A stretch of DNA of 64,000 bases from Eledone cirrhosa (taxonomy: Eukaryota), in NCBI GenBank assembly GCA_964016885.1, contig OZ024741.1:209188001-209252000 (forward strand), given 5' to 3'. Shown one piece after another: positions 1 through 10,380 of this stretch; within the stretch, counting starts at the first letter, position 1; the number at the start of each line of letters is the position of its first letter. A program made the position numbers and the translations under genes. The notes beneath the pieces are model-generated. The model saw nothing but the letters and a program-made list of their open reading frames with translations. It was not told the origin of the DNA and searched no databases.

Positions 1-469
1 ATAATCAATTTTTTTCTACTTTTCGATATTCTTAAAAAATTGATTTTTTTGATCAAAAACCTAAAATATTCAATTTTTCGAAAAACCTAAAATAATCAAT
101 TTTTTTCTACTTTTCGATATCTTTAAAAAATTGATCAAAAACCTAAAATATTCAATTTTTCAAAAAACCTAAAATAATCGATTTTTTTCTACTTTTCGAT
201 ATCTTTAAAAAATTGATCAAAAACCTAAAATATTCAATTTTTCGAAAAACCTAAAATAATCAATTTTTTTCTACTTTTCGAAATATTTCAAAAATTGATT
301 TTTTTGATCAAAAACCTAAAATATTCTATTTTTCGAAAAACCTAAAATAATCGATTTTTTTCTACTTTTCGATATCTTTAAAAAATTGATCAAAAACCTA
401 AAATATTCAATTTTTCGAAAAACCTAAAATAATCAATTTTTTTCTACTTTTCGATACCTTTAAAAAATT

Positions 470-3400
470 GATCAAAAACCTAAAATATTCAATTTTTCAA
501 AAAACCTAAAATAATCGATTTTTTTCTACTTTTCGATATATTTAAAAAATTGATCAAAAACCTAAAATATTCAATTTTTCGAAAAACCTAAAATAATCAA
601 TTTTTTTCTACTTTTCGATATTCTTAAAAAATTGATTTTTTTGATCAAAAACCTAAAATATTCAATTTTTCAAAAAACCTAAAATAATCAATTTTTTTCT
701 ACTTTTTGAAATTTTTCGAAAAACCTAAAATAATCAATTTTTCTCTACTTTTCGATATCTTTAAAAAATTGATTTTTTTGATCAAAAACCTAAAATATTC
801 AATTTTTCAAAAAACCTAAAATAATCAATTTTTTTCTACTTTTCGATATCTTTCGAAAAACCTAAAATAATCAATTTATTTCTACTTTTCGATAATTTTA
901 AAAAATTGATCAAAAACCTAAAATATTCAATTTTTCAAAAAACTTAAAATAATCAATTTTTTTCTACTTTTCGAAATATCTCGAAAAACCTAAAATAATC
1001 AATCTTTTTCTACTTTTCGATAATTTTAAAAGATTGATTTTTTTGATCAAAAACCTAAAATATTCTATTTTTCGAAAAACCTAAAATAATCAATTTTTTT
1101 CTACTTTTTGAAATTTTTCGAAAAACCTAAAATAATCAATTTTTTTCTACTTTTCGATATTCTTAAAAAATTGATTTTTTTAATCAAAAACCTAAAATAT
1201 TCTATTTTTCGAAAAACCTAAAATAATCGATTTTTTTCTACTTTTCGATATCTTTAAAAAATTGATTTTTTTGATCAAAAACCTAAAATATTCAATTTTT
1301 CGAAAAACCTAAAATAATCAATTTTTTTCTACTTTTTGAAATTTTTCGAAAAACCTAAAATAATCAATTTTTTTCTACTTTTTGAAATATTTCGAAAAAC
1401 CTAAAATAATCAATTTTTTTCTACTTTTCGATATCTTTCGAAAAACCTAAAATAATCAATTTTTTTCTACTTTTCGATATTCTTAAAAAATTGATTTTTT
1501 TGATCAAAAACCTAAAATATTCTATTTTTAGAAAAACCTAAAATAATCGATTTTTTTCTACTTTTCGATATCTTTAAAAAATTGATTTTTTTGATCAAAA
1601 ACCTAAAATATTCAATTTTTCAAAAAACCTAAAATAATCAATTTTTTTCTACTTTTCGATATCTTTCGAAAAACCTAAAATAATCAATTTTTTTCTACTT
1701 TTCGATATTCTTAAAAAATTGATTTTTTTGATCAAAAACCTAAAATATTCTATTTTTCAAAAAACCTAAAATAATCAATTTTTTTCTAGTTTTTGAAATT
1801 TTTCGAAAAACCTAAAATAATCAATTTTTTTCTACTTTTCGATATTCTTAGAAAATTGATTTTTTTGATAAAAAACCTAAAATATTCTATTTTTCGAAAA
1901 ACCTAAAATAATCGATTTTTTTCTACTTTTCGATATCTTTAAAAAATTGATTTTTTTGATCAAAAACCTAAAATATTCAATTTTTCAAAAAACCTAAAAT
2001 AATCAATTTTTTTCTACTTTTCGATATCTTTCGAAAAACCTAAAATAATCAATTTTTTTCTACTTTTCGATATCCTTAAAAAATTGATCAAAAACCTAAA
2101 ATATTCAATTTTTCAAAAAACCTAAAATAATCGATTTTTTTCTACTTTTCGATATATTTAAAAAATTGATCAAAAACCTAAAATATTCAATTTTTCGAAA
2201 AACCTAAAATAATCAATTTTTTTCTACTTTTCGATATTCTTAAAAAATTGATTTTTTTGATCAAAAACCTAAAATATTCAATTTTTCAAAAAACCTAAAA
2301 TAATCAATTTTTTTCTACTTTTTGAAATTTTTCGAAAAACCTAAAATAATCAATTTTTCTCTACTTTTCGATATCTTTAAAAAATTGATTTTTTTGATCA
2401 AAAACCTAAAATATTCAATTTTTCAAAAAACCTAAAATAATCAATTTTTTTCTACTTTTCGATATCTTTCGAAAAACCTAAAATAATCAATTTATTTCTA
2501 CTTTTCGATAATTTTAAAAAATTGATCAAAAACCTAAAATATTCAATTTTTCAAAAAACTTAAAATAATCAATTTTTTTCTACTTTTCGAAATATCTCGA
2601 AAAACCTAAAATAATCAATCTTTTTCTACTTTTCGATAATTTTAAAAGATTGATTTTTTTGATCAAAAACCTAAAATATTCTATTTTTCGAAAAACCTAA
2701 AATAATCAATTTTTTTCTACTTTTTGAAATTTTTCGAAAAACCTAAAATAATCAATTTTTTTCTACTTTTCGATATTCTTAAAAAATTGATTTTTTTAAT
2801 CAAAAACCTAAAATATTCTATTTTTCGAAAAACCTAAAATAATCGATTTTTTTCTACTTTTCGATATCTTTAAAAAATTGATTTTTTTGATCAAAAACCT
2901 AAAATATTCAATTTTTCGAAAAACCTAAAATAATCAATTTTTTTCTACTTTTTGAAATTTTTCGAAAAACCTAAAATAATCAATTTTTTTCTACTTTTTG
3001 AAATATTTCGAAAAACCTAAAATAATCAATTTTTTTCTACTTTTCGATATCTTTCGAAAAACCTAAAATAATCAATTTTTTTCTACTTTTCGATATTCTT
3101 AAAAAATTGATTTTTTTGATCAAAAACCTAAAATATTCTATTTTTAGAAAAACCTAAAATAATCGATTTTTTTCTACTTTTCGATATCTTTAAAAAATTG
3201 ATTTTTTTGATCAAAAACCTAAAATATTCAATTTTTCAAAAAACCTAAAATAATCAATTTTTTTCTACTTTTCGATATCTTTCGAAAAACCTAAAATAAT
3301 CAATTTTTTTCTACTTTTCGATATTCTTAAAAAATTGATTTTTTTGATCAAAAACCTAAAATATTCTATTTTTCAAAAAACCTAAAATAATCAATTTTTT

Positions 3401-3700
3401 TCTAGTTTTTGAAATTTTTCGAAAAACCTAAAATAATCAATTTTTTTCTACTTTTCGATATTCTTAGAAAATTGATTTTTTTGATAAAAAACCTAAAATA
3501 TTCTATTTTTCGAAAAACCTAAAATAATCGATTTTTTTCTACTTTTCGATATCTTTAAAAAATTGATTTTTTTGATCAAAAACCTAAAATATTCAATTTT
3601 TCAAAAAACCTAAAATAATCAATTTTTTTCTACTTTTCGATATCTTTCGAAAAACCTAAAATAATCAATTTTTTTCTACTTTTCAATATCCTTAAAAAAT
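470..3700. repeat. 1616-bp tandem duplication within satellite 1 (boundaries approximate)
   Basis: The rare variant AATTTATTTCTAC has its diagnostic A at 878 and 2494 (offset 1616). Other markers (TTTCTCTACT, AACTTAAAAT, TTCTAGTTTT, GATAAAAAA) recur in the same order. Confidence 0.85.
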
Positions 3701-6590
3701 TGATCAAAAATCTAAAATATTCAATTTTTCAAAAAACCTAAAATAATTAATTTTTTTCTACTTTTCGAAATTTTTCGAAAAACCTAAAATAATCAATTTT
3801 TTTCTACTTTACGATAACGCTAAAAAATTGATCAAAAACCTAAAATATTCAATTTTTTTCTACTTTTCGAAATCTTTCGAAAAACCTAAAATAATCAATT
3901 TTTTTCTACTTTTCGATATCTTTCAAAAATTGATTTTTTGGATCAAAAACCTAAAATATTCTATTTTTCGAAAAACCAAAAATAATCGATTTTTTTCTAC
4001 TTTTCGATACTTTTAAAAAATTGATTTTTTTGATCAAAAACCTAAAATATTCAATTTTTCGAAAAACCTAAAATAATCAATTTTTTTCTACTTTTCGATA
4101 TCTTTAAAAAATTGATCAAAAACCTAAAATATTCAATTTTTCAAAAAACCTAAAATAATCGATTTTTTTCTACTTTTCGATATCTTTAAAAAATTGATCA
4201 AAAACCTAAAATATTCAATTTTTCGAAAAACCTAAAATAATCAATTTTTTTCTACTTTTCGAAATATTTCAAAAATTGATTTTTTTGATCAAAAACCTAA
4301 AATATTCTATTTTTCGAAAAACCTAAAATAATCGATTTTTTTCTACTTTTCGATATCTTTAAAAAATTGATCAAAAACCTAAAATATTCAATTTTTCGAA
4401 AAACCTAAAATAATCAATTTTTTTCTACTTTTCGATACCTTTAAAAAATTGATCAAAAACCTAAAATATTCAATCTTTCAAAAAACCTAAAATAATCGAT
4501 TTTTTTCTACTTTTCGATATATTTAAAAAATTGATCAAAAACCTAAAATATTCAATTTTTCGAAAAACCTAAAATAATCAATTTTTTTCTACTTTTCGAT
4601 ATTCTTAAAAAATTGATTTTTTTGATCAAAAACCTAAAATATTCAATTTTTCAAAAAACCTAAAATAATCAATTTTTTTCTACTTTTCGAAATTTTTCGA
4701 AAAACCTAAAATAATCAATTTTTCTCTACTTTTCGATATCTTTAAAAAATTGATTTTTTTGATCAAAAACCTAAAATATTCAATTTTTCAAAAAACCTAA
4801 AATAATCAATTTTTTTCTACTTTTCGATATCTTTCGAAAAACCTAAAATAATCAATTTATTTCTACTTTTCGATAATTTTAAAAAATTGATCAAAAACCT
4901 AAAATATTCAATTTTTCAAAAAACTTAAAATAATCAATTTTTTTCTACTTTTCGAAATATCTCGTAAAACCTAAAATAATCAATCTTTTTCTACTTTTCG
5001 ATAATTTTAAAAGATTGATTTTTTTGATCAAAAACCTAAAATATTCTATTTTTCGAAAAACCTAAAATAATCAATTTTTTTCTACTTTTTGAAATTTTTC
5101 GAAAAACCTAAAATAATCAATTTTTTTCTACTTTTCGATATTCTTAAAAAATTGATTTTTTTAATCAAAAACCTAAAATATTCTATTTTTCGAAAAACCT
5201 AAAATAATCGATTTTTTTCTACTTTTCGATATCTTTAAAAAATTGATTTTTTTGATCAAAAACCTAAAATATTCAATTTTTCGAAAAACCTAAAATAATC
5301 AATTTTTTTCTACTTTTTGAAATTTTTCGAAAAACCTAAAATAATCAATTTTTTTCTACTTTTTGAAATATTTCGAAAAACCTAAAATAATCAATTTTTT
5401 TCTACTTTTCGATATCTTTCGAAAAACCTAAAATAATCAATTTTTTTCTACTTTTCGATATTCTTAAAAAATTGATTTTTTTGATCAAAAACCTAAAATA
5501 TTCTATTTTTAGAAAAACCTAAAATAATCGATTTTTTTCTACTTTTCGATATCTTTAAAAAATTGATTTTTTTGATCAAAAACCTAAAATATTCAATTTT
5601 TCAAAAAACCTAAAATAATCAATTTTTTTCTACTTTTCGATATCTTTCGAAAAACCTAAAATAATCAATTTTTTTCTACTTTTCGATATTCTTAAAAAAT
5701 TGATTTTTTTGATCAAAAACCTAAAATATTCTATTTTTCAAAAAACCTAAAATAATCAATTTTTTTCTAGTTTTTGAAATTTTTCGAAAAACCTAAAATA
5801 ATCAATTTTTTTCTACTTTTCGATATTCTTAGAAAATTGATTTTTTTGATAAAAAACCTAAAATATTCTATTTTTCGAAAAACCTAAAATAATCGATTTT
5901 TTTCTACTTTTCGATATCTTTAAAAAATTGATTTTTTTGATCAAAAACCTAAAATATTCAATTTTTCAAAAAACCTAAAATAATCAATTTTTTTCTACTT
6001 TTCGATATCTTTCGAAAAACCTAAAATAATCAATTTTTTTCTACTTTTCGATATCCTTAAAAAATTGATCAAAAATCTAAAATATTCAATTTTTCAAAAA
6101 ACCTAAAATAATTAATTTTTTTCTACTTTTCGAAATTTTTCGAAAAACCTAAAATAATCAATTTTTTTCTACTTTACGATAACGCTAAAAAATTGATCAA
6201 AAACCTAAAATATTCAATTTTTTTCTACTTTTCGAAATCTTTCGAAAAACCTAAAATAATCAATTTTTTTCTACTTTTCGATATCTTTCAAAAATTGATT
6301 TTTTGGATCAAAAACCTAAAATATTCTATTTTTCGAAAAACCAAAAATAATCGATTTTTTTCTACTTTTCGATACTTTTAAAAAATTGATTTTTTTGATC
6401 AAAAACCTAAAATATTCAATTTTTCGAAAAACCTAAAATAATCAATTTTTTTCTACTTTTCGATATCTTTAAAAAATTGATCAAAAACCTAAAATATTCA
6501 ATTTTTCAAAAAACCTAAAATAATCGATTTTTTTCTACTTTTCGATATCTTTAAAAAATTGATCAAAAACCTAAAATATTCAATTTTTCA
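2090..6590. repeat. 2365-bp higher-order repeat within satellite 1 (boundaries approximate)
   Basis: The same variant occurs at 2494 and 4859. Identical chance ORFs start at 3828 and 6193. The ACGATAACGC variant occurs at ~3811 and ~6176. All offsets are 2365. Confidence 0.88.
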
Positions 6591-8091
6591 AAAAACCTAA
6601 AATAATCGATTTTTTTCTACTTTTCGACATTTTTAAAAAATTGATCAAAAACCTAAAATATTCAATTTTTCGAAAAACCCAAAATAATCAATTTTTTTCT
6701 ACTATTTGATATTTTTCGAAAAACCTAAAATAATCAATTTTTTCTACTTTTTGAAATTTTTCGAAAAACCTAAAATAATCAATTTTTTTCTACTTTTTGA
6801 AATTTTTCGAAAAACCTAAAATAATCAATTTTTTTCTACTTTTCGATATTCTTAAAAAATTGATTTTTTTGATCAAAAACCTAAAATATTCTATTTTTCG
6901 AAAAACCTAAAATAATCGATTTTTTTCTACTTTTCGATATCTTTAAAAAATTGATTTTTTTGATCAAAAACCTAAAATATTCAATTTTTCGAAAAACCTA
7001 AAATAATCAATTTTTTTCTACTTTTTGAAATTTTTCGAAAAACCTAAAATAATCAATTTTTTTCTACTTTTTGAAATATTTCGAAAATTGATTTTTTTGA
7101 TCAAAAACCTAAAATATTCAATTTTTCAAAAAACCTAAAATAATCAATTTTTTTCTACTTTTCGATATCTTTAAAAAATTGATCAAAAACCTAAAATATT
7201 CAATTTTTCAAAAAACCTAAAATAATCGATTTTCTTCTACTTTTCGATAGTTTTAAAAAATTTATTTTTTTGATCAAAAACCTAAAATATTGTATTTTTT
7301 GAAAAACCTAAAATAATCGATTTTTTTCTACTTTTCGATAGTTTTAAAAAATTGATTTTTTTGATCAAAAACCTAAAATATTCAATTTTTCAAAAAACCT
7401 AAAATAATCAATTTTTTTCTACTTTTCGATATCTTTCGAAAAACCTAAAATAATCAATTTTTTTCTACTTTTCGATACTTTTAAAAAATTGATCAAAAAC
7501 CTAAAATATTCAATTTTTCAAAAAACTTAAAATAATCAATTTTTTTCTACTTTTCGAAATTTCTCGAAAAACCTAAAATAATCAATTTTTTTCTACTTTT
7601 CGATAATTTTAAAAGATTGATTTTTTTGAACAAAAACCTAAAATATTCTATTTTTCGAAAAACCTAAAATAATCGATTTTTTTCTACTTTTCGATTTTTT
7701 TAAAAAATTGATTTTTTTGATCAAAAACCTAAAATATTCTATTTTTCGAAAAACCTAAAATAATCAATTTTTTTCTACTTTTTGAAATTTTTCGAAAAAC
7801 CTAAAATTATCAATTTTTTTCTACTTTTCGAAATCTTTCGAAAAACCTAAAATAATCAATTTTTTTCTACTTTCCGATACTTTTAAGAAATTGATTTTTT
7901 AGATCAAAAACCTAAAATATTCAATATTTCAAAAGACCTAAAATAATCAATTTTTTTCTACTTTACGAAATATTTCGAAAAACCTAAAATAATCAATTTT
8001 TTTCTACTTTTTGAAATTTTTCGAAAAACCTAACATTATCAATTTTTTTCTACTTTTCGAAATTTTTCGAAAAACCTAAAATAATCAATTA

Positions 8092-8380
8092 TCGATCGTG
8101 GGCCGGCCGGATGTCGGATCGATTCGTAAATACAAGGATAATGTGCGGACACTCCTTGGCTGTGTGCGGCATGATTTTCAGGACGATATCTCCGTAAAAT
8201 CAAGAGTTGATAACCCCAACTTAACTTAACCCCAACTTAACTTAACCGCAACCTAACTTAACCCCAACTTAACTTAACCGCAACCTAACTTAACCCCAAC
8301 TTAGCTTAACCGCAACTTAACTTAACCCCAACCTAACTTAACCCCAACTTAATTTAACCGCAACTTAGCTTAACCCCAAC
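8092..8380. repeat. 5'-truncated first monomer of satellite 2 at the junction
   Basis: It begins inside the linker (TCGATCGTGGGCCGGCC), lacks subrepeat A, and has a short 16-mer block with an extra internal AGCTT variant near 8303. Confidence 0.9.
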
Positions 8381-8908
8381 CCTTGGTGGGATCGATCTGT
8401 AATTACTGGTACATGTGCAGACACTCATTGGCTGTGTGTGGCCTGATTTTTAGAAAGATATCTCCGTAAAATAACGAGTGGTGGCTGCGTAAAATAATGA
8501 ATTACGCACGAAAATGAGAAAATTTCTATTCTCGATCGTGGGCCGGCCGGATGTCGGATCGATTCGTAAATACAAGGATAATGTGCGAACACTCCTTGGC
8601 TGTGTGCGGCATGATTTTCAGGACGATATCTCCGTAAAATCAAGAGTTGATAACCCCAACTTAACTTAACCCCAACTTAACTTAACCGCAACTTTACTTA
8701 ACCGCAACCTAACTTAACCCCAACTTAACTTAACCGCAACCTAACTTAACCCCAACTTAACTTAACCCCAACTTAACTTAACCCCAACCTAACTTAACCC
8801 CAACTTAACTTAACCGCAACTTAACTTAACCGCAACCTAACTTAACCCCAACTTAACTTAACCGCAACTTAACTTAACCGCAACTTAGCTTAACCCCAAC
8901 CCTTGGTG

Positions 8909-9000
8909 GGATCGATCTGTAATTACTGGTACATGTGCAGACACTCATTGGCTGTGTGCGGCCTGATTTTCAGAAAGATATCTCCGTAAAATAACGAGTG
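8909..9000 (+). repeat. Subrepeat A of the satellite 2 monomer (representative copy)
   Basis: GGATCGATCTGTAATTACTGGTACATGTGCAGACACTCATTGGCTGTGTG(T/C)GGCCTGATTTTCAGAAAGATATCTCCGTAAAATAACGAGTG aligns colinearly with subrepeat B, 167 bp downstream. Confidence 0.92.
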
Positions 9001-9075
9001 GTGGCTGCGTAAAATAATGAATTACGCACGAAAATGAGAAAATTTCGATTCTCGATCGTGGGCCGGCCGGATGTC
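9001..9075. other. Palindrome-rich linker between subrepeats A and B (representative copy)
   Basis: Contains the inverted repeat TGCGTAA-N9-TTACGCA and the palindromes CGATCG and GGCCGGCC. Confidence 0.8.
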
Positions 9076-9171
9076 GGATCGATTCGTAAATACAAGGATA
9101 ATGTGCGGACACTCCTTGGCTGTGTGCGGCATGATTTTCAGGACGATATCTCCGTAAAATCAAGAGTTGAT
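9076..9171 (+). repeat. Subrepeat B of the satellite 2 monomer (representative copy)
   Basis: GGATCGATTCGTAAATACAAGGATAATGTGCGGACACTCCTTGGCTGTGTGCGGCATGATTTTCAGGACGATATCTCCGTAAAATCAAGAGTTGAT is a diverged direct copy of subrepeat A. Confidence 0.92.
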
Positions 9172-10130
9172 AACCCCAACTTAACTTAACCCCAACTTAA
9201 CTTAACCGCAACCTAACTCAACCCCAACTTAACTTAACCGCAACTTAACTTAACCGCAACCTAACTTAACCCCAACTTAACTTAACCGCAACTTAACTTA
9301 ACCGCAACTTAGCTTAACCCCAACCCTTGGTGGGATCGATCTGTAATTACTGGTACATGTGCAGACCCTCATTGGCTGTGTGTGGCCTGATTTTCAGAAA
9401 GATATCTCCGTAAAATAACGAGTGGTGGCTGCGTAAAATAACGAGTGGTGGCTGCGTGAATTACGCACGAAAATGAGAAAATTTCGATTCTCGATCGTGG
9501 GCCGGCCGGATGTCGGATCGATTCGTAAATACAAGGATAATGTGCGGACACTCCTTGGCTGTGTGCGGCATGATTTTTAGGACGATATCTCCGTAAAATC
9601 AAGAGTTGATAACCCCAACTTAACTTAACCCCAACTTAACTTAACCGCAACTTAACTTAACCGCAACCTAACTTAACCCCAACTTAACTTAACCGCAACC
9701 TAACTTAACCCCAACTTAACTTAACCGCAACTTAACTTAACCCCAACCTAACTTAACCCCAACTTAACTTAACCGCAACTTAACTTAACCGCAACCTAAC
9801 TTAACCCCAACTTAACTTAACCGCAACTTAACTTAATCGCAACTTAGCTTAACCCCAACCCTTGGTGGGATCGATCTGTAATTACTGGTACATGTGCAGA
9901 CACTCATTGGCTGTGTGTGGCCTGATTTTCAGAAAGATATCTCCGTAAAATAACGAGTGGTGGCTGCGTAAAATAATGAATTACGCACGAAAATGAGAAA
10001 ATTTCGATTCTCGATCGTGGGCCGGCCGGATGTCGGATCGATTCGTAAATACAAGGATAATGTGCTGACACTCCTTGCCTGTGTGCCGCATGATTTTCAG
10101 GACGATATCTCCGTAAAATCAAGAGTTGAT

Positions 10131-10380
10131 AACCCCAACTTAACTTAACCCCAACTTAACTTAACCGCAACTTAACTTAACCGCAACCTAACTTAACCCC
10201 AACTTAACTTAACCGCAACCTAACTTAACCCCAACTTAACTTAACCGCAACTTAACTTAACCCCAACCTAACTTAACCCCAACTTAACTTAACCGCAACT
10301 TAACTTAACCGCAACCTAACTTAACCCCAACTTAACTTAACCGCAACTTAACTTAACCGCAACTTAGCTTAACCCCAACC
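10131..10380 (-). repeat. Telomere-like 16-bp minisatellite block (15 full units plus a partial unit; representative copy). The G-rich strand is the minus strand.
   Basis: Units read AACC[C/G]C AAC[T/C]T AACTT, the last full unit ends in AGCTT, and AACCCCAACC follows. The minus strand reads TTG[G/C]GG TTA[A/G]G TTAAG and includes exact TTAGG and TTGGGG words. Confidence 0.95.

Larger units (their letters stand above)
1..8090. repeat. AT-rich tandem satellite array (satellite 1) with subunits of ~26, 46, 56 and 65 bp; open at the left window edge
   Basis: AAAAACCTAAAATA recurs throughout. Hand-measured spacings: 55->81 (26), 81->137 (56), 245->310 (65), 1395->1441 (46). Short unit AAAAACCTAAAATATTC(A/T)ATTTTTC(G/A); long unit AAAAACCTAAAATAATC(A/G)ATTTTTTTCTACTTTTCGATAT with an optional AAAAAATTGAT(TTTTTTGAT)C tail. 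Confidence 0.97.

Noticed and set aside
3828-6381. Two identical 62-aa F/K/I/N-rich ORFs
   Set aside because: They are low-complexity translations of the AT-rich satellite with a TTG start, duplicated by the 2365-bp repeat.
8212-8380. Canonical telomerase-synthesised (TTAGG)n or (TTGGGG)n tract
   Set aside because: There is no pure run of either motif; the words sit in fixed-order 16-mers interrupted every ~250 bp by complex sequence.
8949-9053. Pol III A-box-like TGGCTGTGTGTGG and B-box-like TTTCGATTC (tRNA, SINE or 5S array)
   Set aside because: Both deviate from consensus (no GTTCGA), no cloverleaf or 5S similarity is recognisable, and a TTTT run lies between them.
8901-9171. Hammerhead ribozyme, as found in some transcribed animal satellites
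   Set aside because: No CTGANGA core on either strand: the plus strand has CTGATTTT and the minus strand CTGAAAAT.
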